DNA from: Actinomycetota bacterium | Lineage (GTDB): Bacteria; Actinomycetota; Aquicultoria; SURF-47 | Direction of reading: 5' to 3' | NCBI GenBank assembly: GCA_003599235.1 | Contig: QZJE01000007.1 | Location: forward strand, 16,585-80,584 | DNA length: 64,000 nt | Shown: piece by piece, positions 1 to 8,728 of the stretch | Numbering within the stretch: the stretch's first letter is position 1 | Layout of the letters: each line of letters opens with the position of its first letter | Made by a program: the position numbers and the translations under genes | Notes under the pieces: model-generated | The model's database searches: none | Told to the model about the DNA's origin: nothing | The model's input: only the letters and a program-made list of their open reading frames with translations

Positions 1-638
1 TTGGTGCCGGCCACATGAGTGCTAAGCAGTAAGTTATTTTCCCTAGCATACTCATTAACTGCTTTATATAAAGGTGGTGATACAGTGTATGTTGAGTAAG
101 GAGAGATGCCAATATTTAGCTTTGTTCCGCTAACTTTGCTCTGCCAGTCACCAACTCGCTTTTTGGTCTTAGACATAATTTTACTAACATCAGCAGGATT
201 TAAACCCGTAACCTCGGCAAAAATAAAACCTCGTAAACCATATTTTTTTGCAGAATTAAGACTATACCCCTCGGTGCTGGTATCAGCAATAGTAGTTATC
301 CCAGATTTTACCGCCTCCATAGCTCCGATATCAGCTGAGGCTTGCCAGTCTTCATCACTTAATTTCTTAGCTTTATTAGCTAACTGGATTTTCCAATAGG
401 AAAATGGGAGATCGTCGACAATTCCCCGGAAAACACTGAACTCAAGATGAGTATGGGCATCAATAAAACCCGGCATTATAGCAGCTAGACCGAAGTCTTT
501 TACCTCAGCTTCAGGATACTTATCAGTTAATGCCTCGAGTTTTCCGACATCACATATTTTATTTTCTTTAACTGCTACCGCCCCATCTTCGACAGGAGAG
601 CCGGTTACCGGCAGCACCCATTTAGCAGCATATATCAT
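1..638 (-). CDS. Metal-dependent amidohydrolase (MTA/SAH or aminodeoxyfutalosine deaminase-like), 3' end outside window
   Basis: Not in the ORF track. Manual translation from the ATG at 638 (TAATG overlap with the upstream stop) gives MIYAAKWVLPVTGSPVEDGAVAV...MPGFIDAHTHLEFS...SGITT..D, the amidohydrolase HxH signature. Confidence 0.85.
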   Translation of the reverse strand, partial: MIYAAKWVLPVTGSPVEDGAVAVKENKICDVGKLEALTDKYPEAEVKDFGLAAIMPGFIDAHTHLEFSVFRGIVDDLPFSYWKIQLANKAKKLSDEDWQASADIGAMEAVKSGITTIADTSTEGYSLNSAKKYGLRGFIFAEVTGLNPADVSKIMSKTKKRVGDWQSKVSGTKLNIGISPYSTYTVSPPLYKAVNEYARENNLLLSTHVAGT

Positions 639-1612
639 TACATATTCCTTTCAATTACTAAATTTGCCAATCGCGTTAGCTCATCCTTTATATTACCAGT
701 CTTTAATATATTTAATGAAGCAATAGCTTTGCCGATATAATCCTTAGCCTGGCTTCTACTTTTCTTAATTGCTTTTGTTTGCTTAACCAAGACGACCGCT
801 TCTAATATTTCTTCATCAGAATTATCACGATTTTGTACTGCATTGACTAGGACACTTTTTTCGCTCAGCTCATCAAGAGCTAAAAATATTGGCAGCGTCA
901 TCATACCATCTCTTATATCTGAAGCCACCGCTTTACCCATTGTTCTTTCGTCTCCAATAAAATCCAGTATGTCATCGAAAACCTGAAAAGCCAGGCCAAG
1001 ATTATGTCCATAATCGCCTAAAGCTTCGACTTCTGCTTCACCTAAATCTGCACAGTAGGCCCCGATAAGGCAAGCCGCCCGGAATAAACTAGCTGTTTTA
1101 AAAGCAATTTTTTTATAATACAAATCGATATTTTGCCTTGCATTATAAGCAGTGTTTCTTTGCAGTATCTCGCCTAAGCTTAATTTGAAAGCAGAAGCAG
1201 CTAAAATGCGGTTTAATTTAGGATTATTGCAGCGGCTTAATGTCAAAAAAGCAGAAGAAAAAATAAAATCGCCTGTTTTAAGAGCATAATCATACCCATA
1301 CTTGGCATAAACGGTAGGTTTTCCCCGTCTTGTTTTTGAATAGTCTAGAACATCATCGTGGATTAATGAAGCACTATGCAACAGCTCTAAGGAAGCAGCT
1401 GCCGGTATAAGCTGCTGCTCGTTTTGGTGATGGCCGCAAATAATAGTTAATGCCGGTCTTACTTTTTTGCCACCAGATGAAAGAGTATCCAGGCAACCTT
1501 GCTTAACCGTTTTGGAGTTAGACAGTATATTTTTTAGCTCATCATCTACTTTTACCATGAGCTTTTTAGTGTTTTTAGAAAGGGTTGATTTTGCAGAAGT
1601 ATTTAATGACAT
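638..1612 (-). CDS. hepT: Trans-polyprenyl diphosphate synthase, catalytic subunit (HepT/IspB-like)
   Basis: GGKKVRP, ELLHSASLIHDDVLD..RRG (FARM), KTA and FQVFDDILD (SARM). Confidence 0.9.
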   Translation of the reverse strand: MSLNTSAKSTLSKNTKKLMVKVDDELKNILSNSKTVKQGCLDTLSSGGKKVRPALTIICGHHQNEQQLIPAAASLELLHSASLIHDDVLDYSKTRRGKPTVYAKYGYDYALKTGDFIFSSAFLTLSRCNNPKLNRILAASAFKLSLGEILQRNTAYNARQNIDLYYKKIAFKTASLFRAACLIGAYCADLGEAEVEALGDYGHNLGLAFQVFDDILDFIGDERTMGKAVASDIRDGMMTLPIFLALDELSEKSVLVNAVQNRDNSDEEILEAVVLVKQTKAIKKSRSQAKDYIGKAIASLNILKTGNIKDELTRLANLVIERNM

Positions 1613-2049
1613 AGCTTTCCTAACGCAACTGCGCTGTCGAGTAAATACTGATAACGCTTATGGCCGTCTTGACCATTTGCAATGCCTTCTTTAATAGCAT
1701 TTGCCAATATCCGCGTTGCTTCCACATCGTCTTGCTCACTTGATAAGCTAATTCCTTTGGCATAAGAATAATCCCCTAGTATAATAGCTAACCCGGGATC
1801 TTCTATGCTCGAAGTATGATACCTAAGAGCTAAGTTAAAAAACTCTAAGGCTAAACATAAGCTTTTTAGTTTAGAAAAATCATATTCTCTGTCAATAGCA
1901 GTACTGAGCAGTAGGCGTGAAAGAGCAAAATCCGGTTCAAGAAGCTCTTCATGGTAATTTTGTTTCAGCTCATCGCTTAACTTGTCGAACTCAGCCTTAA
2001 TAATTAGTAAATCAGACTCTGTATCTCTTGGATAATTCTGCGCAAACAT
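1603..2049 (-). CDS. Degenerate prenyltransferase-fold protein, putative heteromeric polyprenyl synthase component I (HepS-like)
   Basis: ALEFFNLALRYH and LAIILGDYSY resemble prenyltransferase helices but there is no DDxxD. It overlaps hepT. Start moved to ATG 2049, which lies 7 nt after TGCTATTAT. Confidence 0.6.
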   Translation of the reverse strand: MFAQNYPRDTESDLLIIKAEFDKLSDELKQNYHEELLEPDFALSRLLLSTAIDREYDFSKLKSLCLALEFFNLALRYHTSSIEDPGLAIILGDYSYAKGISLSSEQDDVEATRILANAIKEGIANGQDGHKRYQYLLDSAVALGKLCH

Positions 2050-2056
2050 GTGGACA

Positions 2057-2065
2057 ATAATAGCA
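2057..2065 (-). promoter_or_regulatory. Extended -10 (TGCTATTAT), leaderless start at 2049
   Basis: Minus strand reads TGCTATTAT-TGTCCAC-ATG, with no SD sequence. Confidence 0.5.
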
Positions 2066-2158
2066 CGTTCTTGCCTTTTTAGCTCAAGGAAGCTAAAATA
2101 TACTCTGGTCTGGGGACTAACATTTCTATGCATTCCAAAAGCTAGGAGAAATTAATAA

Positions 2159-3328
2159 ATGACTTTGCAGAATTTTGATTTAAAAGCAAAAGGTAAACAA
2201 ATAAGTATTGACGATACGACTCTTAGAGACGGCGAACAGACTGCCGGTGTAGTTTTCGCTAACCGCGAAAAGATTAGAATAGCCAAACTGCTAGACGAAG
2301 TTGGCGTCGACCAAATCGAAGTCGGAATCCCTGCCATGCGCGGGGACGAAAAAGAAACTATCAAAAAGATAGCCAAGCTGGATTTAAATGCCAGCATACT
2401 CGCTTGGAATAGAACAGTGTTATCTGACATCCGCCATTCGCTTGACTGCGGAGTTAATGCCGTTGCCCTGTCAATTTCAGCGTCAGATATTCATATCGAC
2501 CATAAACTAAAAAAAAGCCGGTCATGGGTATTAGAGAGCATCAAGGAAAGCGTTAGTTTTGCAAAAAGTAAGAACCTTTATGTCTCTGTTAATGCAGAAG
2601 ACGCCTCCAGAGCCGACCTGGAGTTTTTGGTAAGATTTGCCAAAACTGCTAAAAAAGCCGGTGCCGACCGCTTACGCTTTTGCGATACCTTGGGAATATT
2701 AGACCCCTTTGAGACATTTAAAGTAATTAAAGCCTTGATTGAGGCTACCGGTATCGAAGTTGAAATGCATACTCATAACGATTTCGGGATGGCAACTGCA
2801 AACGCGCTAGCCGGAGCAAAAGCTGGTGCTACCTGGATAAATACTACGGTTAACGGACTTGGTGAGCGTGCCGGTAACGCTGCTTTAGAAGAAGTTGTTA
2901 TGGCTCTTAAGTTGCTAAGCAAAATTGATTTAGGTTTTAAAACCAAGATGTTTAGAGACTTATCCGAATACGTTGCTAACGCAAGCGCTAGAACAATTCC
3001 CGTTTGGAAAGCTATCGTCGGAACAAACGTCTTTGCTCACGAATCTGGTATTCATGCTGATGGGGTACTGAAAAATCCTTTAACCTATGAGTCTTTTTCC
3101 CCTGATGAAGTGGGACTGGAGAGACAATTGGTAATCGGAAAACACTCAGGCACTGCTTCCATCGTCTCAAAATTTAAGGAATTCGGCATAGAATTAGAAC
3201 AAGAAGATGCTCAAGCAGTTCTGGAAGAGGTCCGCTCACACGCCGTAGGTATGAAAAGAGCCTTATTTGATAAAGAGCTGATGTATATTTTTAAAGACTA
3301 TAATAAGTCAAAGAAGAAAAAGAAATAA
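2159..3328 (+). CDS. nifV: DRE-TIM acetyl-CoA condensing enzyme, NifV/homocitrate synthase-like (candidate Re-citrate synthase)
   Basis: DTTLRDGEQ, HTHNDFGMA, NGLGERAGN, HESGIH and GKHSG motifs. 389 aa, without the LeuA regulatory domain. Confidence 0.8.
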   Translation: MTLQNFDLKAKGKQISIDDTTLRDGEQTAGVVFANREKIRIAKLLDEVGVDQIEVGIPAMRGDEKETIKKIAKLDLNASILAWNRTVLSDIRHSLDCGVNAVALSISASDIHIDHKLKKSRSWVLESIKESVSFAKSKNLYVSVNAEDASRADLEFLVRFAKTAKKAGADRLRFCDTLGILDPFETFKVIKALIEATGIEVEMHTHNDFGMATANALAGAKAGATWINTTVNGLGERAGNAALEEVVMALKLLSKIDLGFKTKMFRDLSEYVANASARTIPVWKAIVGTNVFAHESGIHADGVLKNPLTYESFSPDEVGLERQLVIGKHSGTASIVSKFKEFGIELEQEDAQAVLEEVRSHAVGMKRALFDKELMYIFKDYNKSKKKKK

Positions 3329-4581
3329 TGGGCAAAACGATAGCGGAAAAAATATTAAGCAAACATTCTAACAATGATGCTCATGCCGGCGATTTAGTAG
3401 TAGCAGACCTAGATTTCGTAATGGGCCAAGACGGCACATCCCCTTTGGCTATCAGGGCATTTGAAGAGATGGGTGCTACTGAGGTATTTAATAAAGAAAA
3501 GGTGGTCATGGTAATAGACCATAGCGCCCCTTCCCCGTTAGAGGGTGTTAGTGCCTTACACCATTTAATGCGCGAGTTCGCTAAAGATAAAGGCATTAAG
3601 CTATATGATATTGGCTGTGGAGTGTGCCACCAATTGGTTCCTGAGCAAGGACACGTAGCTCCCGGTAATTTAGTTGTAGGAGCCGATTCACATACATGCA
3701 GCTACGGCGCCATTAATGTTTTCTCTACCGGGGCCGGCTCAACTGATATAGCTGCCGCTATGGCTTCTGGCAAACTATGGTTTAAAGTCCCCGAGACTAT
3801 TAAGTATATTCTTAACAACAAACTAGCAAAAGGAGTTTACTCAAAAGACCTCATTTTATACCTAATCGGCAAAATAACCGCAGATGGCGCTACCTATAAA
3901 GCAGTTGAGTTTACCGGAGAGACTATCGGGAACTTAAGTATCGACGCCCGTTTTACTATTTCGAATATGGCAATTGAGATGGGAGCTAAAGCTGGGTTAA
4001 TGGAAGCTGACGACAAGACAATTGAGTGGGTAAAGAAAAGAAATAAAACAGCTTTTGAGCCGGTAAGTCCTGACAGTGATGCTAATTACTTAGAAGTAAT
4101 AGAGTGCGACTGCTCCAAAATAGAGCCTCAAATAGCCAAACCGCATACCGTTGATAACGTAAGTCCTATTAGTGAACTAGAAGGAACGCCTATTCACCAG
4201 GCTTTCATTGGAACATGCACCAATGGACGCCTAGAAGATTTTAAGATTGCCTCACAGATATTAGCAGGCAAGAAAATTAATTCGGACGTAAGATTTATTA
4301 TTGCTCCCGCTTCCAAAGATATTTTATTGGAAGCCACTAATATGGGATACATGCAGAAATTAATTGAGGCCGGAGCTGCTTTAGTTACCGCTGGTTGTGG
4401 CCCCTGTGTAGGAACTCATAACGGTGTTCCCTCAGATGGGGAGAATGTAATATCTACTGCTAACCGTAATTTTAAAGGAAGGATGGGGAACTCTAACGCC
4501 TCGATTTACTTAGGCTCTCCGGCTACGGTAGCAGCCTCTGCCCTGACTGGCAAAATCACTGATCCCCGTAATTATCTATAA
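3328..4581 (+). CDS. leuC: LeuC/HacA-type aconitase-family dehydratase, large subunit
   Basis: DSHT, IGTCTNGR, GCGPCVG (three [4Fe-4S] Cys) and STANRNFKGRMG. Confidence 0.85.
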   Translation: MGKTIAEKILSKHSNNDAHAGDLVVADLDFVMGQDGTSPLAIRAFEEMGATEVFNKEKVVMVIDHSAPSPLEGVSALHHLMREFAKDKGIKLYDIGCGVCHQLVPEQGHVAPGNLVVGADSHTCSYGAINVFSTGAGSTDIAAAMASGKLWFKVPETIKYILNNKLAKGVYSKDLILYLIGKITADGATYKAVEFTGETIGNLSIDARFTISNMAIEMGAKAGLMEADDKTIEWVKKRNKTAFEPVSPDSDANYLEVIECDCSKIEPQIAKPHTVDNVSPISELEGTPIHQAFIGTCTNGRLEDFKIASQILAGKKINSDVRFIIAPASKDILLEATNMGYMQKLIEAGAALVTAGCGPCVGTHNGVPSDGENVISTANRNFKGRMGNSNASIYLGSPATVAASALTGKITDPRNYL

Positions 4582-4632
4582 GTTGCCTCTGGGTCAAAAA
4601 TTCAACAAGTTGCCGTATATCTTTTCCAAGCC

Positions 4633-4662
4633 GCGGATTTTTCCCAGCGTGAAAAATACCGC
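4633..4662. repeat. 30-nt bulged hairpin, structural twin of 31201-31230
   Basis: GCGG-ATTTTTC-[CCAGCGT]-GAAAAAT-A-CCGC. Confidence 0.6.
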
Positions 4663-4683
4663 TTAACTATTGTTTAATGCCTT

Positions 4684-4718
4684 CTACCCCCTACCACCTA
4701 CTCCCTACTCCCTGCTAT
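4684..4718. repeat. Heptamer tandem array
   Basis: CTACCCC CTACCAC CTACTCC CTACTCC CTGCTAT. Confidence 0.8.
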
Positions 4719-4721
4719 ACT
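4713..4721 (+). promoter_or_regulatory. Extended -10 (TGCTATACT), leaderless start at 4729
   Basis: TGCTATACT-ATTCCAA-ATG, with no SD sequence. Confidence 0.55.
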
Positions 4722-4728
4722 ATTCCAA

Positions 4729-5247
4729 ATGACAATTTCAAAAGAAGTTAGCAATTTAACAGGTTTTCCGAAACTTCCAAAACCACTAATAAAGCTATTT
4801 TTAAAAGCCCCTTGGCTGGTACCGGTAAGAATCCGCTGGAAAGTGGCCTCTAAGGGAATAGGTCTTTTGATGACAGCCGTAACCGGTAAAGATGATTCAT
4901 TATCTATGTCGTGTAAAGAACTTGGCCTCAGACAAGCTAAGGCACTTAAAGATAGCTTACAAGTTGGCAGTAGCCTTAAAGAAGTAATGCAAGTTATACG
5001 TTTAGCTAACCGCCTCTTTGGAACAAAACATACTTTTAAGATGATTAACCCTACTACTTCTAGAACCTTAGTAAAAAAATGCGCTTGGGCTGGTAGCGAT
5101 ACTTGGGGACAAAAAGCGTGCGCAACCCTGTCTGCTTATGAAATCGGCTTGGCTGAAGGATTAAATGACAAAGTTAAAATCAGATTTATCACTAAAATGG
5201 CTAAAGGGGACTCGGTTTGTCAAGCAGAGTACACCCTAAATCAATAG
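4729..5247 (+). CDS. Hypothetical protein with V4R/ATC-hydrolase-like Cys pattern
   Basis: 172 aa. C-terminal half KCAW...AC..LSAYEIG..EG......ITKMAKGDSVC resembles the 4-vinyl-reductase-like fold. Confidence 0.55.
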   Translation: MTISKEVSNLTGFPKLPKPLIKLFLKAPWLVPVRIRWKVASKGIGLLMTAVTGKDDSLSMSCKELGLRQAKALKDSLQVGSSLKEVMQVIRLANRLFGTKHTFKMINPTTSRTLVKKCAWAGSDTWGQKACATLSAYEIGLAEGLNDKVKIRFITKMAKGDSVCQAEYTLNQ

Positions 5248-5288
5248 ATTTATGCTACAATCGCTTTTGTTCTATAACCACAAAGTGC

Positions 5289-5323
5289 GGACAGACATCC
5301 AGCCAGATAAGGATGCCCTGTCC
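5289..5323. repeat. REP-like hairpin upstream of leuD
   Basis: GGACAG-A-CATCC-[10 nt]-GGATG-CC-CTGTCC. Confidence 0.5.
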
Positions 5324-5337
5324 CTGATGGAGACCAT

Positions 5338-5838
5338 ATGAAATTAAAAGGTAGTGCTCATAAGTTCGCAGATAACGTAAACACCGACTACATTATTAGC
5401 GGCAAATATAAGTTTAAAACACTAGACATGAAAGAACTGGCTAAACATGTCATGGAAGATTTAGATCCGGACTTCTATAGCAAAATTAGCCCCGGTGATT
5501 TTATTGTCGCCGGTTCCAATTTCGGCTGTGGCTCATCACGTGAGCAAGCCCCATTGGCTATTAAGAATGCTAATATCAGCGCCGTATTAGCTAAATCTTT
5601 TGCTAGAATATTTTTTAGAAATGCTATTAATACTGGATTGGCGGTTGTTGAATGTGACACCGACAAGATAAACCCTAACGATAAACTAGAGGTTGACCTT
5701 TCTAAAGGCCTAATTAATAACCTCACACAAGGAATAACCATTGAAGCAAAACCCCTGCCTGGTGTAATGCTTAAAATATTAGGTGACGGAGGATTGGCTC
5801 CGCACTTTAAAAGATATGGAAGTTTTGGAGGAAAATGA
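5338..5838 (+). CDS. leuD: LeuD/HacB-type dehydratase, small subunit
   Basis: [19 protein letters not shown] and [12 protein letters not shown]. Confidence 0.85.
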   Translation: MKLKGSAHKFADNVNTDYIISGKYKFKTLDMKELAKHVMEDLDPDFYSKISPGDFIVAGSNFGCGSSREQAPLAIKNANISAVLAKSFARIFFRNAINTGLAVVECDTDKINPNDKLEVDLSKGLINNLTQGITIEAKPLPGVMLKILGDGGLAPHFKRYGSFGGK

Positions 5839-6833
5839 AGCATAGAGTTACTCTAATCCCTGGAGACGGTATCGGACCAGAGCTATCAGCAGCTACCAAA
5901 TTAGTTGTAGAAGCTACGGGTGTGGATATAGTCTGGGATGAAGTAGCAGCCGGAGAGACAGTTATGGCTAAATATAACACTTCCCTTCCTGACTATGTGC
6001 TCGATTCGATAAAAGAAAATAAAGTAGCCATTAAAGGCCCAATCACCACCCCAATAGGCTCCGGATTTAGAAGTGTTAATGTTGCTTTGCGCAAAGAGCT
6101 TGGCTTGTATGCTTGTTTGCGACCCTCGGTTAGCATGGAGGGAGTTAAAAGCCGCTATCAAAATATAGACCTAGTAATAGTTAGAGAAAATACCGAAGAT
6201 CTTTATGCCGGTAATGAACGGATGATAGATGAAGATACCGCTGAAAGCATCAAGGTCATAACAAGAGGTGCTTCCAAAAAAATCGCCAAGTTCGCATTTG
6301 ACTATGCTAAAACAGAAGGGCGTAGAAAGGTAACCTCTGTCACAAAGGCAAATATTATGAAGTATACCGACGGACTGTTTTATGAGGCTTGCCGCGAAGT
6401 AGCTAAGGGTTATCCTACCATTGAATACGATGAGCACTTAATTGATGCCATGTGTATGCAGCTGGTTTTAAAGCCCGGAGACTACGACGTTATGGTTATG
6501 CCTAATTTATACGGCGATATTTTGTCAGATTTATGTGCCGGCTTAATTGGCGGACTTGGAGTTGCTCCAGGAGCCAATATTGGTGATGAATACGCAGTTT
6601 TTGAACCAGTGCATGGAAGTGCTCCTAAATATGCCGGTCTTAACAAAGCTAACCCCACCGCTATGATTTTATCAGCAGTGCTGATGCTAAAACACTTAGG
6701 CGAGAAAGAAGCCGCAGATAAGTTGCATAAAGCAACGGCTGATGTCATTGCTAAAGGCTCTACCGTTACCTACGACTTAGGCGGATCTTCCGGTACTAGT
6801 GAATTTGCAAAAGCAATTGCCGCTAAGATGTAG
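5835..6833 (+). CDS. icd: Isocitrate dehydrogenase, probably NADP-dependent
   Basis: [17 protein letters not shown] (isocitrate-type S-x-N-xxx-R), NLYGDILSD, and HGSAPKYAG and VTYDL (NADP-type residues). Confidence 0.75.
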   Translation: MKHRVTLIPGDGIGPELSAATKLVVEATGVDIVWDEVAAGETVMAKYNTSLPDYVLDSIKENKVAIKGPITTPIGSGFRSVNVALRKELGLYACLRPSVSMEGVKSRYQNIDLVIVRENTEDLYAGNERMIDEDTAESIKVITRGASKKIAKFAFDYAKTEGRRKVTSVTKANIMKYTDGLFYEACREVAKGYPTIEYDEHLIDAMCMQLVLKPGDYDVMVMPNLYGDILSDLCAGLIGGLGVAPGANIGDEYAVFEPVHGSAPKYAGLNKANPTAMILSAVLMLKHLGEKEAADKLHKATADVIAKGSTVTYDLGGSSGTSEFAKAIAAKM

Positions 6834-7302
6834 GAAATCCTTTCTTTTCCCAATAGCCTTTTTTGTAATCTGCCACCAACTCAATGACGATTACCCACTT
6901 AACGCTTTTATAAGCATATTTCTCGCTAGCAACTAAACGCAAAGGGCCGCCATGCTCTTTTGCAACCGGCTCACTACCAAACTTATAAGCTAACATAACT
7001 CCATCTGATAAAGTTTCTTGGAGATTGAGGGGCTCCGCATAGCCACTAGGGGCTTGTATGATAATATAGCTGGGATTTTCTTTGATTTTTACCTTGGATA
7101 ATAACTCTTTTAGGGGTATTCCTGTCCAAGTTCCGGAAATCGTTTTTCCTTGCAGACAAACCACTTCGGTTTTTAGATTAGTACTTGGCATTTTTTCTAT
7201 ATCATTTATGGATAACTCAAGAGGTTTTTCTACACATCCAACTATCTTTAGCCGCCAATCTTTAGTATCAATATCCGGTATTTCTTCTACTTGATAAGAC
7301 AT
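6823..7302 (-). CDS. Molybdopterin-binding oxidoreductase (sulfite oxidase family, Moco domain only)
   Basis: [29 protein letters not shown] and GYWE motifs. Confidence 0.85.
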   Translation of the reverse strand: MSYQVEEIPDIDTKDWRLKIVGCVEKPLELSINDIEKMPSTNLKTEVVCLQGKTISGTWTGIPLKELLSKVKIKENPSYIIIQAPSGYAEPLNLQETLSDGVMLAYKFGSEPVAKEHGGPLRLVASEKYAYKSVKWVIVIELVADYKKGYWEKKGFPTS

Positions 7303-7343
7303 ACTAATCAGGTATCCTTAATCTTTGATTATGAAACCCTTGT

Positions 7344-7364
7344 ACTTATCCCTTATCCCTTAAA
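7344..7364. repeat. Short heptamer array overlapping argH stop
   Basis: ACTTATC CCTTATC CCTTAAA, the same unit as 14587-14621. Confidence 0.5.
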
Positions 7365-8728
7365 AGCAATGATGTTGCGAGGCTTATTTGCTTCTTAACC
7401 TGCTTAGGCGAGGTTCCTCCTAGACTGTTGCGGGCAGCAATGACATTTTTAATGGCAATGGCATCGAATAGTTTTTCATCAAAAACAGAGTTTATCTTTT
7501 TGAACTCACTTAATGGCAATTCATGCAAATAAAGACCCTTCTTAACGCATATTTTGACTGCTTGGCCAACAATGCCGTGAGCTTTGCGGAAAGGTATTTT
7601 CTTTCCCACCAGGTAATCAGCTAGATCAGTTGCGTTAGCAAAACTTTTTTGCACTGCTTCCAGCATAGAGGTCGTGTTAAGTTTGATTCCGGATAACATC
7701 TTTGTCATCACTTCCAAGCTAGCCGATATCGTATCTAAACTATCGAAAACGATTTTTTTATCTTCCTGAAGATCGCGATTATATGTAAGTGGTAACCCTT
7801 TTATTATGCCTGATAAAGCTTGATAATTAGCGGCTACTTTAGCACTTTTGCCCCGGATTAGCTCAGCTACATCCGGATTTTGTTTCTGCGGCATAATGCT
7901 GCTGCCGGTGGTAAATGCCTCATCTATTTTAATAAATCCAAACCCGGCAGAAGAAAAAATTACCATCTCTTCGCATAAGCGGCTTAGGTGCAGCATTATT
8001 AAATTAGCCGCATTTAGAAACACAACTAGGTAGTCCCTGTCAGCTACTGCGTCCATGCTGTTTTCTGATATATTTTTAAACCCAAGCTCTTTGGCTAAAA
8101 AATTACGGTCTATATCATATGTGGTTCCAGCCAAGGCTGCTGAGCCCAATATTAATATATCTGCGTGATTATATGCACAATTAAGCCTTTTTTTGTCGCG
8201 CTCTAGCATCCAGAAATAAGCCATTATGTAGTGCGAAAAAAGCACCGGCTGGGCAACTTGTAAGTGAGTATAACCAGGCATTACCACATCAATATTTTTT
8301 TCTGCCAAATTAACTATTGCTTGCTGCATACCTTTAATCAATTTTTTAAGACCGGTAATTTCTTCTTTTATATAGAGACGCATATCGGTTGCTACTTGGT
8401 CATTGCGGCTTCGTCCGGTATGCAGTTTTCCTGCCATAGAACCAATATGGCTTGTTAGGCCCCGCTCGATTGCGCTATGAATATCCTCATCGCTACCAAG
8501 AAACTTAAACGTACCGGCTTTAATTTTTTTGCCAATTTCTTTTAAGCCTTTGATTATTTCATTAGCCTCGGCTCTCTTAATTATTTTTTGGCCGGCTAGC
8601 ATTTTTCCGTAGGCGATTGAGCCGGCAATATCTTGCTTATAAAGCCTAATATCATCAGCTAACGACGAGCTGAATTGCTCAACTAATTTATCTGTTTTTT
8701 TATCAAACCGTCCCTGCCATAATTTCAT
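7346..8728 (-). CDS. argH: Argininosuccinate lyase
   Basis: KLWQGRF, HTGRSRNDQ, MPGYTHLQ and GSSIMPQK. Start set at the ATGA overlap with the argG stop. Confidence 0.95.
   Translation of the reverse strand: MKLWQGRFDKKTDKLVEQFSSSLADDIRLYKQDIAGSIAYGKMLAGQKIIKRAEANEIIKGLKEIGKKIKAGTFKFLGSDEDIHSAIERGLTSHIGSMAGKLHTGRSRNDQVATDMRLYIKEEITGLKKLIKGMQQAIVNLAEKNIDVVMPGYTHLQVAQPVLFSHYIMAYFWMLERDKKRLNCAYNHADILILGSAALAGTTYDIDRNFLAKELGFKNISENSMDAVADRDYLVVFLNAANLIMLHLSRLCEEMVIFSSAGFGFIKIDEAFTTGSSIMPQKQNPDVAELIRGKSAKVAANYQALSGIIKGLPLTYNRDLQEDKKIVFDSLDTISASLEVMTKMLSGIKLNTTSMLEAVQKSFANATDLADYLVGKKIPFRKAHGIVGQAVKICVKKGLYLHELPLSEFKKINSVFDEKLFDAIAIKNVIAARNSLGGTSPKQVKKQISLATSLLLRDKG

Noticed and set aside
106..399. 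97-aa plus-strand ORF, and the many other 60-190 aa ORFs antisense to or nested in known genes
   Set aside because: They are shadows of well-supported genes on the opposite strand or frame, with no motifs or RBS.
2159..3328. nifV as evidence of nitrogen fixation
   Set aside because: There are no nif structural or cofactor genes in the window, and the context is dehydratase plus IDH.
2159..6833. Leucine or alpha-aminoadipate lysine operon
   Set aside because: The dehydrogenase has isocitrate/NADP signatures and there are no lysW/lysX or ilv genes here. Disfavoured rather than excluded.
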